NCBI GenBank assembly: GCA_951406725.2 | Contig: OX597832.1 | Coordinates: 60,078,001 to 60,142,000 of the forward strand | DNA: 64,000 nt | Source of the DNA: Octopus vulgaris | Lineage: Eukaryota | Direction: 5' to 3' | In this document: positions 26,721 to 41,230 of the stretch, in pieces | Position numbering within the stretch: the first letter of the stretch is position 1 | How the letters are laid out: every line of letters begins with the position of its first letter | Translations under genes and position numbers: made by a program | Notes under the pieces: model-generated | Databases searched by the model: none | Seen by the model: only the letters and a program-made list of their open reading frames with translations | What the model was told of the DNA's origin: nothing

Positions 26721-27888
26721 CATTATTATTATTATCATCATCATCATCATCATCATCATCATTCACCCATCATCTTTTCGGGGCCGGTAATATAAGCACC
26801 GGTTGAGCACTGGACTCGACGAAATCGACTTACTCCCTTTCCCGAAATTCCTGGCCTTGTGCCAAAATTTGAAACCACCATCATCATCATCATTATTGTT
26901 GTTGTTGTTGCTGTTGTTGTTGTTATTCATTATTATTATCATTATTATTAATCTTCTCTGGCTATGTCCACTTTCGTCGGCTTTTCTTGCCAATACCTTA
27001 GCTTGACATTTCCTAATCCCATTTCAAATTTATTGTTTTCTTTCTAATACTTTTATTTTAAAACTTCGCATTCACTATTTTTAACCATATTACTACTATA
27101 ACATGTTCTTATTTCAAATTTAGCCTTTAATCGCTGTTTAAATACCCTTCTTTTTAACTTAGTGTCAATTATTTTTAAACACACCACTACGAGGCAATCC
27201 TATTTCCAGTTTAGTCCTTAATTAATTTTATTCTATTATTTTTCTAAAATTTATTATTTCGTATTTTTAATCTTACCTCCACGATGAAACAGAAACAGTT
27301 ATATAATTAACAAATATTTTGCTATCCTTTTGTGATGATTTTAAGTTCAAATAAAGGCCGAACACAAAGAAAAAAGCATGGAACCTTCTCTAATTCACAG
27401 ATTTAAATCATAGACTTCATCGCTAATTAATCTTTATTAATCTTTACTAATTACCTGAATTATCTTCTTTAATCTCCATTAATCTTAATTAATTATTCTT
27501 TCATTAGATCCTCCTTTCATTCCCTGAAATAACTGCGAAATCCATGATACGGTTCGTGTGTAAAAATACGCTCTTCGTTAAAATTCATCACGGCCAGAAA
27601 TGTTGTTACCTGATGAATATTTTGCCCAAATACCGATGATTCTCAACAGGTTTACCTCTTATGAATATTCATATTATGCATTTACATACATTTTCATAAT
27701 TTATAATTTTCGACTGACATTATGTCTTATCTTTATGTTTCCCTCTTACTTGTTTCAGTCACAAGTCGGTGGCCATGCTGCAGTATCGCCATCAAACGTT
27801 TTAACTGAATGAATCGATCCCAAACATGGTACTTTGGCTGTCGGTCGTCGTTTGCTGAACCGCTAATTCTTATAGTTTTCTAGGTGGT

Positions 27889-28079
27889 AGGCGCAGACGT
27901 GGCTGTGTGGTAAGAGGCTTCCTTCCTAACCATGTGGTCTTGTGTTCGGTCCCACTGCCTGGCACCTTGGGTTAGTGTTCTCTACTTTAGCCTCAGGCCG
28001 ACCGAGACCTTGAGAGTGGATTTGGTAGATGGAAACTGAAAGAAGCTCATCGTGAATGAATGTGTGTGTGTATATGTAT

Positions 28080-28139
<60 letters not shown>

Positions 28140-28760
28140 CTGTATTTACGCTTGTCCCTTCCCCATCACCGCTTGATAATCTTTGTCATTTGATTTACAC
28201 ATGCGCAAGCTAGCGGTTCGGCAAAAATGACCGATACAATAAGTACCAGGGTAAAAAAATTTAATTAAGTACTGGGGTCGATTAGCTCGACTAAAATTCT
28301 TCAAGACAATACACCAGAATGGCCGCAGTCCTATGAAAGAAACAAGTAAAAGACAAAAAAACAGAAGCTTTCTTCCCAACCACATGGTTCCGGGTTCGGT
28401 CCCACTGTGCAGCATCTTGGGCAAGTGTCTTCTATTAGAGCTTCAGGCCGACAAAGCCTTGTGAGTGGATTTAGTAGACGGAAACTGAAAAAGCTTGTCA
28501 TATGTGTGTGTGTGTGTGTGTGTAGCTATGTGTGTCTTTGTGTCTATGTTTGCCCCCCGAACAACCACCGCTTGACAACCGGTGTTGTTGTGTTTACGTC
28601 CCCGTAACCTAACGGCTCGCCAATAGAGATTAATAGAATAAGTAGCGGGCGTTTTTGTTTCTTAATGTACTGGAATCGATTCGTTCCTCAAAAAATTCTT
28701 CAAGGCGGTGCCCCAACATGGCCGCAGTCTAATGACTGAAACAAAGTAGAAAATAAAAGA
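27889..28760 (+). mobile_element. Two head-to-tail SINE B copies, each with internal (TG)n
   Basis: GGCGCAGACGTGGCTGTGTGGTAAG at 27890; second, 5'-truncated copy from ~28364; an inverted B tail lies at ~27745-27865. Confidence 0.88.
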
Positions 28761-28844
28761 AAAAAAAGATAATGCTTTAGTAAATAAAAACTAGCCAAAT
28801 GGTTGCCAGCAACGGGATAGAACCGACGTCTCTATTGTTGCCAG

Positions 28845-29437
28845 TCACTCTCTCTCTCTCTCTCCTCCTTATCACTCACTAACTCGAAGCACTTACTCAC
28901 AGAATAGTTTACAATATCATTTATTACTAACTCTCCCTCTCACTCACTCTCTCTCTCTCTCTCTCTCACTCTTCTTCTCACTTTCTCTCTCTCTCTCGTT
29001 TTCTCTCCCCTTCTCACTCACTCTCTCCCAGTCTGCCTCTCCCTCTCACTGTCTCTCTCCCCTTCACAATCTCTCTCCCTCTCCCTCTTCCTCCCATTTC
29101 CTCTTACTCTCACTTTCTCTGTCTCGCACTTTCTCTCTTTCTCTCTTTCACTCTCTCTCTCTCTCACTTTCTCTCTCTCTCCTTTCTTTCTTACTTTCTC
29201 TCTCTCTTATTCCCTCTCCCCTTCACAGTCTCTCCCCCCTCTCCTTCTCCCTCTCATTTCCTCTCACTCTCACTTTCTCTGTCTCTCACTTTCTGTCTTT
29301 CTCTCTCTCACTCTCTCTCACTTTCTCTCTCTCCCACTCACTTTCTCTCTTTCTCTCTCTCACTCTCTCTCACTTTCTCTCTCTCCCTCTCACTTTCTCT
29401 CTTTCGATCTCTTTCTCTCTCCCTCCCCCTCTCTCTC
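28845..29437. repeat. Polypyrimidine (CT-rich) degenerate minisatellite
   Basis: About 590 bp of almost pure C/T with recurring CACTTTCTCT units. Confidence 0.9.
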
Positions 29438-29741
29438 ATGTTCTTTGTCGTTCTCTTTATCTTTCTCCTCAATCTCTATTCCCTTAATATTTCTTCTTTT
29501 CTTTCTGCTTACTTCGTAGCTTTTTTTCTTTTTTTTACTAATTTTTGTTTTAATTTTTATTTGTTTCTTTCTTTTCCAGTTTTTTCTATAGTGTTTCCTA
29601 TTTCGAAAAAAGCATCAAAACAAATATATAAAAGCGAAACTGAAACTAAAGTGTCGTCGCCGTCGTCGTCGTCGTCATCGTTGCCTCCACCGCCGTCGTC
29701 GTCGTCGTCGTGTCGCGCCGTTCTCTTCCTATTTCACTCAC

Positions 29742-29985
29742 CTTTTCCTCTCATTGATTTCTCACTTGTTTCCTGATGATGAGTGTCGAAAACATCCTTT
29801 AGACGAAACCCGCCTCTTCCTTCATCACTTCTCTTTACAGACAGCACTCGATATGAAGGGGGAGAAGGAAGAGGGGAAAGGAAGAAAGAAGAAGAAGAAG
29901 AAGAAGAAGAAGAAGAAGAAGAAGAAGAAGAAGAAGAAGAAGAAATAGGGAGGAACAGGAGGAGAAGGAGGAGGCGCGAATAACA
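29742..29985 (-). other. Candidate 5' exon of a minus-strand gene (possible start M-R-G-K, phase-1 donor)
   Basis: Reverse complement ...AATCA ATG AGA GGA AAA G|GTGAGTGA, a consensus donor at 29742/29741; (TTC)n upstream; CpG-rich (GTC)n nearby. No downstream exon identified. Confidence 0.25.
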
Positions 29986-30097
29986 GAATTTATTGTTTCG
30001 ATCTTTGAGAACACCTATAGGATATTTTTTCTCCACACACACACACACACAAACACACACACATACTCACACATACACACATATATATATATGTATG

Positions 30098-30147
<50 letters not shown>

Positions 30148-30182
30148 TATATATATACATATATACATACATATATATATGC

Positions 30183-30229
<47 letters not shown>

Positions 30230-30709
30230 AATATATATACATATATATATGTATATATATATATACACACATATGCATACACACACTCACACATAGTATT
30301 ATTAGCCTTTTGGTGTTTTTTTATTTTTGTTTTTTGTTACTTTATATTTCTGATAGGGTAGATTGTACGAGTACATCACCTCCTGTCAGCTTTACTATCT
30401 CCAGCCAGCCGGCCTGCCGGCATGCCGGCCATCCTCTACTTTCACTCCCGGTGCACATCGCTACCCACCACTTCTCTCCCCCACTCCTTTTACTCCTCCT
30501 CCTTCACCTCCTCCCTTTTACTATGTTGCGATTGTTGCTGTTTGCCATTGTTAGGTGCGTCTCCTCCAAATTCGTACTTTCCTCTTTTTTATTTCATTTT
30601 TATAACCCACCCCCTATTTTTCGTTTAATTTTCTTTTATTCTCTTCCACCTCTCTCTCTCTCTCTCTATCTGTCTGTCTCTATCTCTCTCCTTCACACGC
30701 CACACAAAG

Positions 30710-30747
<38 letters not shown>

Positions 30748-30779
30748 GCTCGCGCGCACACGCACACTCTCACACTTTT

Positions 30780-30910
30780 ATGGTGTCGAGTAGAAACCGA
30801 ACGAAAAACTTCGTTGAATACAAGAAATCTATAAATATGGCGAACACAAAAGACTGATTGGTTTGTCAGTACAGCTGTGAACAATTTCTGCTTTGCACAC
30901 CTGACTCCCA
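30780..30910. promoter_or_regulatory. Candidate promoter/enhancer motif cluster
   Basis: TATAAAT 30830-36 overlapping YY1-type AATATGGCG 30834-42; NF-Y CTGATTGGTT 30854-63; E-boxes CAGCTG 30872 and CACCTG 30898; Sox-type AACAAT 30880. Unique island between simple repeats. Confidence 0.35.
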
Positions 30911-30939
30911 CCTCTTCTGATCTCTCTCCTCTCTTTCTC

Positions 30940-30991
<52 letters not shown>

Positions 30992-31357
30992 GACGACGTG
31001 AGATATCACGCAAGGAGGAGACATCTCACTCTTTCTCCATATATATATATATATATATATAATGCCATAATTCCGCTTTCTTTCACTCCGTCACTACCCT
31101 TTGTCTTCCTGCATTATCTCCCTTATTCTTTCCTCTCCTCTCTTTCTCACACCACTTGTCCTTCGCTAGGCCTTTCTCTTTCTCTTCTCTCTCTCTCTCT
31201 TTCTCTTTTTCTTACTCTTTTTCTTTTTTATTTCTTTCGTTTTCTTCGTTTCCGCCTTTCGACTCCTTCATCTCTGCTTAACTTCCTTTTGGCAAAGAAA
31301 CACTGAACAAATGCAAAACAACTCTGGAGATTAAATAATAAAGCAAAAACAAGAGCA

Positions 31358-31427
<70 letters not shown>

Positions 31428-31429
31428 AC

Positions 31430-31475
<46 letters not shown>

Positions 31476-31479
31476 GCTG

Positions 31480-31574
<95 letters not shown>

Positions 31575-32099
31575 GCTGCAGCTGCTGCTACTACTACTAC
31601 TACTACTACATCTACAGCAACAAGAATAGCAACTACTACAATAACAGCAAAGAGCATTCACAACAATAACAACAGCAACAACATCAACAAAATTGTAACA
31701 TTATCACTGAACAGCACCAACAACAACAACAACAACAAAAATAGCAAAGTCAAGAAAAAAATAAAAATTAAAATCATCAACTGTGGTGGTGGTATTTCCG
31801 TCGCTTTCGACGATGATCAATCGGTTGTTGCGTCCATTAAGTTCCTCTTGGTGAGATTTAACGTTTTAGGTGACCGAGTATTCCACGGACGTGTGTATAC
31901 GTTTAGAACGAAATTCTCAGACCGAATCGAATCACGTGACATAATGTCACGAGTCGGAATGTAGGAATTATGATCACGATTCATAGAGAGTCCAACTCGG
32001 TAGACGTAGTCCATCCCGAATAGAAGAATGGCCGAGTTGACCTCGGCAAGATATGAACACAGAAAACTCAGAACGCAGACTCGGAATAAATACCGAAAT

Positions 32100-32181
<82 letters not shown>

Positions 32182-32636
32182 TGTTGTTGTTGTTGTTATT
32201 GTTGTCGTTGCTGCTGCCTTTGTTATTGTTGTTCGTCAACTCATGGTCAAACCTCACTGAGCAGGCTTATGGACTAAATTCTTCAGCCATTTAAACTTTT
32301 TCTGTCAGTGTTACAGTCATTAGACTGTGGCCATGCTGGAGTACCAGTTCTTAATTCTTTAAAGCTTCACACTTGTTCTATTGGCCATTTTTTTTTGTTT
32401 TGATTCTTTGTTTGTTTTTTATTTTGCTGAACTGTTAAACTATGGGAACGAAAACACACCAGCATCGGTTGTCAAGCTATGGTGGTGGACAAACTGAGAC
32501 AAAGACACACGTGCATACACACATACATACAGCACCACAGCCCCACATCCCAAATGCTCACGCACATACAATCCCACATTCCCATATCCCCACAATACCG
32601 CACACACACATATGTATATGTATATGTGTATGTATG

Positions 32637-32683
<47 letters not shown>

Positions 32684-32769
32684 GTATATACACGAAAATA
32701 CAATATGTTGAGTGCAACGAGACAGATTCGGCAGCTATTTCTACCAATATCGACCATTCACTATTGGTG

Positions 32770-32888
<119 letters not shown>

Positions 32889-33380
32889 AAGAAGAAGAAG
32901 AAGAAGAAGAAGAAGAAGAAGAAGAAGAAGAAGAAGAATACTGTTGCTGCTACTACAAGTAGCTAATATTTTTGTCAAATTGGGAGATAAGCCTAGGAAG
33001 AGGTGCGTGCAGGTGTGTGTGTGTGTGTGTGTGATATCAAAGAAAGAAAGAAATAAAGAAAGAAAGAGAGGAAGACGCTTAGATTTCTGTTCCCTATTTT
33101 TTTTTTGAAAAGACAAGGAACAGGTGATTATTGCTTGGCTCAACATGGTGAAAATTCCCACGGATTTTCAGACTTCTGCCGTTCATATTTCCTTTTTCTT
33201 TCATTATTTTTTCATTATTTTCTTTACTCGTATTCTATCCTCTCGTTCGTGTTTCGTGTTCCCAAAATACAGCATGTTTATCATTCCATTTCACTCCACC
33301 ACCATTCTGTCTGCCTGTCTGTCTCTCTCTCTCTCCATCTCTCCCTTTCTATCTCCATCTCTCTCTCTCTCCATCTCTCT

Positions 33381-33430
<50 letters not shown>

Positions 33431-33959
33431 CTCTTCCTCGTTAAATTTTTCTTTCGCCTTTTATTCCTTTATATATACTTTTTTCGGTGTCTTGCAGTCT
33501 ATATTTTTTCCTTCATTCCTTCGTTTCACTTATAATAAATGTTGGCATTTTGGGACGTGGTTGAGAGGGGCCATACAGCAAAGCATAACTTCTTAGAAGC
33601 AATTACACTTGCTTGACGCTACATTGTGATTTCTTAAAGGCATTAACATCACAAAATCCCATTTCATCTTAACCTAACCTAGTCAAAAGATCGTTTTGAA
33701 AACCTCTTCACAGCTCCTAATCACAGAGTTCAAAAAACGATGCTAACCTCAGTGTAATTTGAACTCAAAACATCAGGAACCACAAAGCACCGCAAATAAG
33801 ACCACCAATTTAAAAGATGTGGGATATTTTCAGGGCATAAAAAACTGAGTTCCCTTAAAAGAAAAGTTTCGTAAAACTAGGGTATTAAGTTTATATATGG
33901 GTATAAACACTTATATGTAAATGTGATTGTGTACGTATTATGCATGTATGTATAAGGTG

Positions 33960-34265
33960 CACGCCGTAGGTTACGACAACGAGGGTCCCAGCTGATACGA
34001 TCAACGGAACAGCTTGCTCGTGAAATTAACGGGCTGAGCACTCAACGGATACGTGTACCCTTAATTCTCAGGGAGATTCAGCGTGACACAATGTGACAAG
34101 GCTGGCCCTCTGAAATACAGGTACTACTCATTTTTGCCAGCTAAGTGGACTAGAGCAACCTGAAATAAAGTGTCTTGCTCAAGGACACAACGTGTAGCCG
34201 GGAATTCAACTCACGACCTTACGATCGTGCGCCGAATGCCCTAACCCCTAATCCACGCACCTTCA
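33960..34265 (-). mobile_element. SINE head D + tail E
   Basis: Homologous to 18889-19201. Confidence 0.87.
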
Positions 34266-34548
34266 TTATCCATGCATATTAGCATACATATATACATACA
34301 TCCATATATGTATGTGCGTGTGTGTATATATATATACACATATATATATATATATGTCTGTATGTGTGTGTGTGTGTGTGTGTGTGTATATACATGTATA
34401 TATATGTATATATATATGTATAATGTACGTATGTATACATGTATATATATTGTGTATCCAAACAAAGAGGAACAAACGAAAAACCAATAACGCGAGGACG
34501 TGGTACAAGTAATGTATTATAAGACGCTCAGGAAAGGAAAGAAAGAGG

Positions 34549-34583
34549 ATCTTACGTTTCGACCCTTGCTCTTCTTCAGAAAT
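34549..34583 (-). ncRNA. Minimal type I hammerhead-like motif with palindromic ACGU stem III (dimer type), in a ~140-bp element between (TA)n tracts
   Basis: Reverse complement AUUU-CUGAAGA-A-GAGC-AAG-GGUC-GAAAC-GUA-AGAU; stem I 4 bp (one G-U), stem II 3 of 4. Confidence 0.62.
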
Positions 34584-34620
34584 AGAGGAAAGTCCATTCA
34601 CATATACATACACATATATA

Positions 34621-34778
<158 letters not shown>

Positions 34779-34799
34779 CAGATATACATCTATAATTGA

Positions 34800-34878
34800 G
34801 TGCTTGAGTAACACCTCATAGCTTCATCGGAGCTATTATTTGAAGCTCCGCCGAAGCTATGAGGTGTTACTCAGGCAC
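34800..34878. repeat. 35-bp inverted repeat with 9-nt loop
   Basis: GTGCTTGAGTAACACCTCATAGCTTCATCGGAGCT versus reverse complement of AGCTCCGCCGAAGCTATGAGGTGTTACTCAGGCAC: 3 differences. Confidence 0.93.
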
Positions 34879-35304
34879 CCAGCTATAATCCTTAAGGCAG
34901 AGACAGCTGTAGGTTGATGCGCTCATTAGATAATTGTTCACGCATAGTAGCACTGGTAGCCATGTTTCTCACCCTCTTCACATTTTCTTTTACTTTTTTT
35001 AACCCTTACTGAATAAATTTTCATTGACAACGCTATTCTAATAGGAAACTCGAAGTGGTTATCATTATTATCCCTACGGAAACATTTAAAATTAAGGCTA
35101 ATGTCTAAAATTAATACAATAATTCATCGATATAGGATTGGACAAAAGTCTTTTAGTGAAATTTTTGGTAGTCTTCGCGCCGAAATGCATTCTTCGTGTA
35201 TTTAAAATTACGTGGGTGTATGCATACTTCTTTATGTATGCATATGTTTATATACATATACACACACACGCACACATATATATATATATATATATATGTA
35301 TATT

Positions 35305-35354
<50 letters not shown>

Positions 35355-35545
35355 CATACATGCATACATGCATACACACATACATACATACATACATACA
35401 TACATACATACATACATACATACATACATACATACATACATACATACATACATGCATACATACATACATTTCTTTACCTATGCATATATATTTTCCAACT
35501 GTTTTCAATCGGCAGCAAAAAGTAAAAACTAAAAATAATAATAAA

Positions 35546-35588
<43 letters not shown>

Positions 35589-35905
35589 CGCAGGAGTGGC
35601 TGTGTGGTAAGTAGCTTGTTTACTTAGCACGCAGGCGGTGCTCCACCATGGCCGTAGTCAAATGATTGAAACTAGTAATAGAATAATAGAATAGAATATA
35701 CGTACATATACACACGCACGCACACATACATACACATTCGTGTATATATCTACATACATAAATGCTATTCATATTTACTTGTCTATGCGTTTACGACTAT
35801 CTCTATACACACACAGACACACACAAACATATATATATATATCTACGTGTGTTTTTATTCATATGTATATATCTATGTATGTGTGTGTATGTGTATGCCC
35901 CCTTG

Positions 35906-35937
<32 letters not shown>

Positions 35938-36055
35938 TATTAATATATATTCATATACCTATATAAATATATATATGTACGTATATATATATATATATAT
36001 ATATACATATATATTAATATATATTCATATACCTATATAAATATGTATAGGTACG

Positions 36056-36128
<73 letters not shown>

Positions 36129-36186
36129 CATATATATTAATATATATTCATATACCTATATAAATATGTATAGGTACGTATATATA

Positions 36187-36218
<32 letters not shown>

Positions 36219-37032
36219 ACATACATACATACATACATACATACATACATACATACATACATACATACATACATACAGACACACACACATACATACGGGG
36301 AGTTCAAAATAACGGATGCATAAAAAACGAAGCCAGAAGAAGCCATACGATAATTAAACTTTAATATGCTGGACAAAAAAAAATTAGGTATGGAGAAATA
36401 CGCTCTTTCTCCTTGATTCCTTTCTTTCTCCTTTTCGTTCTGTCTCTCTTCCGTCTTCTCCCCCCCCCTTCTCTCTCTCTGTCTCTTTCTTTCTCTCTCT
36501 CTATTTTACATGAAAATCTTTAATATGGCAGTTCTATTATTTAAAATAATCTGGTTGCAAATGTAAACTAGTTTAAGGACCTCGGGCTAGAGGGTTCCAC
36601 ACTGCTAATAGGAGAATCTGAATAATGGTATTAATGAGATTGGGAAATTTGGTAAAGTAATGGCAAAAGACTAATGGTAGAGGGGGGGGAGATAATAAGA
36701 GAGGTTGTGAGAGGTGATGTAATGGGGGTACCGTTGGTGAAAGAGAAGGACAATGGCGCTAATTAAATGTTACGTAGCTGTAGATACTATGGCGTTACTG
36801 TGTTAGAGTGTATACGTACATGTATGTACACACATCACACACACACACACACATGCATCCCATACACACACACACACACATATATATACGTGTACATATG
36901 CTTGTATTTAGATATATAGCTTCATATATGTAATCTTATGCATATATATGGAAAGAGAGAGTGTATATGAGTTTATATATGTATCTGTCTCTGTGTATGT
37001 GTGTGTACTCGTGCTCGCGTGTATGTGTGTGT

Positions 37033-37092
<60 letters not shown>

Positions 37093-37626
37093 GTGCGTGT
37101 GTGTGTGTGTGTGCGCGTGTGTGTGAAAAGCAGAACTTCTTTTCTAATATTTCATGAATCCAGTGAGTTTAAGACGAGAAAAAAATATGGTAAGTTGGGA
37201 TGATCATAGCACTACGAAGAACATTAATACTTCGATTTGTGTGCATCAAGCTAAGGTCGAAATCATGTAGTAGGCTCGAATCAGATTATTCTCATAAGAA
37301 ACACGCTGTTCCTCAGCGGGAAAATCTCTTCTCTTCATAAGAGATGAATCCCACCTCACATTTAAACTAATTTTTTCCTTTCCGTTGGATCTTCTTTCGC
37401 TTTTTCCTTTCATTTTTACCTTTTTCTAGGATACCTGCTTAGCACAATTGGTCTTTGTCTGGTCCCCATTCTCATAAAGGCAAGAGTATACGTCCTAGGA
37501 ATTTCTTACCAGCTGTTGCGGATATAGTTGACTTTGTTGTGGCTGACTCACTTTGTCTTTATTTGTCATTGCTGAGAGAGGGTAACATTTCATTCTAGGT
37601 CATCCCGATGAATCATCTTTTCTTTT

Positions 37627-37836
37627 TCTACTGACTCCAGAATATGGTGTCATTTTATGACAGAATACTGCAGAATATGACAGAATTCTCCTACTTCAGA
37701 ATATGGTATCATCTTATGACAATACTACTGAATATGACAGATTCTCCTACTTCAGAATATGGTGTCATCTTATGACAGAATAGTACAGAATATGACAGAA
37801 TTCTCCTACTCCAAAATATGGTGTCATCTTATGACC
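37627..37836. repeat. Minisatellite, ~56-59-bp unit x ~3.5
   Basis: Unit TTCTCCTACTTCAGAATATGGTGTCATCTTATGACAGAATACTACAGAATATGACAGAA. Confidence 0.92.
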
Positions 37837-37931
37837 AGCAAACGTCCTGTATCATTGTTATTGTTGTTGTTTTCGTTCTTTTATGCTTTCTATGAAATCA
37901 CTAGTACTGCCACATGTGTAGCAGATAGGCT

Positions 37932-38517
37932 ACACATGCACTATATATTTGGTGTTACTTTGCTTCAGATTTATTTATTTTTTAAATTAATCTTAATCTT
38001 ATTTCGGCCAGAGTTCTTTCGTCACACTCATGTTTTTGTTTGTTTTTTTTCGTTTAATTTAAAAGATTATTTATTTATATTATTATTATTATTATTATTA
38101 CTAGTATTGTTGTTATACATACATACATACATACTTACAAGCATACGTAATGATAATAATAAGTGGATGTAAACACATGAAAAAAATAAGAATAAACAAA
38201 AACAACAACAACAAAAACAAATTACATGAATGTATATAAACAGAAGATACAAATATTACAGGCATCCCCCCACACATACACTAAATAAACATAGACGCAC
38301 ATAGAGATACAAGCATGCGCAAATGTAGACATACACTAGAAATACAAAATGGCTGACGGTTAGTAAAGAGAGACACAAATAAGATAGAAGAAAACAAAGG
38401 ACCACTGATGCGGTCACAGGAGTGTGACGAAAGAACTCTGGCCGAAATAAGATTAAGATTAATGTAAAAAATAAATAACTCTGAAGCAAAGTAACACCAA
38501 ATATATAGTGCATGTGT
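37932..38517. repeat. ~98-bp inverted repeat pair with ~390-bp spacer
   Basis: 37932-38029 (ACACATGCACTATATATTTGGTG...CTTTCGTCACACTC) is the reverse complement of 38420-38517, with few mismatches. Confidence 0.92.
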
Positions 38518-38636
38518 TATTATTGGCTAAACTGGCAAAATGGCCATTCCGAAATATAACAATATATACATATAACAATATATGATATAACAATATATGC
38601 ATATGGTCCATTTGCATACTGAACACTTGGTGAAAT

Positions 38637-39329
<693 letters not shown>

Positions 39330-40265
39330 AATGCACATAAATGTGAAACAAGGTGGGAAAATAGTACTCGAATACCAGAGGTAGAGTAATATGCTTTATT
39401 GAAAAGCAGCAAAAATATCACAAAAATTGTTATTCCGAGTTTCAGAGTTTCACGTTCTCTGTGTGTGTGTGTGTGTGTGTGTGTATGGATGCTTGTATGT
39501 GAAGGTGCGTGGTTTAGTGTTCAGGATATTCAGCTCATGATCGCCAGGCCGTGAGTTCGATTCACGGAGGTACATTGTATCCTTGAGCAAGACACTTCAT
39601 ATCATGTTGTTCCAGTCCTCTCAACTGACAAAAGTGGGTTGTTACAGTAATTCAAAGAGCCAGTCTTGTCACAGTCTGTGCCACGCTATCTATTCGCCTG
39701 TCTATTCACAATGTCTCTTTATATTTGGGGGAGGGAATTAAGAGGTGATAGGTGTTTCGTGAAGCAATCACATACGCACTCACACGTACACAAACAACCA
39801 CACACACACGCACACCTACACACAAACAATCAAAAAATAGTAAGACAGAAATATGTATATATGCAAATATAGACATGCACAAAGAGATACGAATTTGGAA
39901 ACGGCAACAGAGATTTTCAAACGGACTACTACGCGAGTTAGAAGATCAGTAATTGTATGACAGTATATTTTCTGCATATTGCAAGTGAGGTCAGACTAAT
40001 GCCAAGCCTGGCAAACGAGTGCCCAGCTCTGAAGTGATCCAGTAAGACCGAAATCACATGATCTGATGGTCTAGGATGGCAGGAGTTCTCTCCCACGCGC
40101 AATGAATATCAAATGCGAAAGCGTATTGTATAACCAGGAGGAGATATTTTCCTGGGGTTAAAATAACAGCATCGTCGGCTCTTAAAGAACACCCACGTTA
40201 AAGGGGCGATAAACACTACCTCTTGTATACTGCTGTGCTTTAATGTTTTAAGCATCTGCCAAGAA

Positions 40266-41230
40266 ATGTATGTACGTACGTATGTATGTATGTATGTATG
40301 TATGTATGTATGTATGTATGTATGTATGTATGTATGTATGTATGTATGTATGTGTATGTATGTATGTATGTATGTATGTATGCATGTATGTATGTATGTA
40401 TGCATGTATGTATGTGTATGTATGTATGTATGTGTGTATGTATGTATGTATGTATGTATGTATGTATGTATGTGTGTATGTATGCATGTATGTATGTATG
40501 TATGTATGTATGTATGTATGTATGTGTGTGTGTGTGTATGTGTGTATGCATGTATGTATGTATGCATGTATGTATGTATGTGTGTATGTATGCATGTATG
40601 TATGTATGTATGCATGTATGTATGTATGTATGTATGTATGTATGCATGTATGTATGTATGCATGTATGTATGTATGTATGTATGTATTTATGTATGTATG
40701 TATGTATGTATGTATGTATGTATGCATGTATGTATATATGTATGTATGTATGTGTGTATGTATGTATGTATGTATGTATGTATGTATGTATGTATGTATG
40801 TATGTATGTATGTATGCATGTATGTATGTATGTATGCATGTATGTATGTATGTATGTATGCATGTATGTATGCATGTATGTATGTATGTATGTATGTATG
40901 TATGTATGTGTGTATGTATGTATGTATGTATGTATGTATGTGTGTATGTATACATGTATGTATGTATGTATGTATGTATGTATGTATGTATGTATGTATG
41001 TATGTATGTATGTATGTATGTATGCGTAGGTATGTATGTATGTATGTATGCATGTATGTATGTATGTATGTGTGTATGTATGTATGTATGTATATATGTA
41101 TGCATGTATGTATGTATTTATGTATGTATGTAAGTATGTATGTATGTGTGTATGTGTGTATGTATGTATGTATGTATGCATGTATGTATGTATGTGTGTA
41201 TGTATGTATGTATGTATGTATGTGTGTATG
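40266..41230. repeat. ~960-bp (TATG)n array with CATG/TGTG variants
   Basis: Direct reading; source of the 250-375 aa MYVC/HTYI pseudo-ORFs. Confidence 0.98.

Noticed and set aside
37627-37836. CRISPR-like appearance of spaced repeats (also the SINE A arrays)
   Set aside because: The whole unit repeats with no unique spacers, no cas genes, and the context is eukaryotic.
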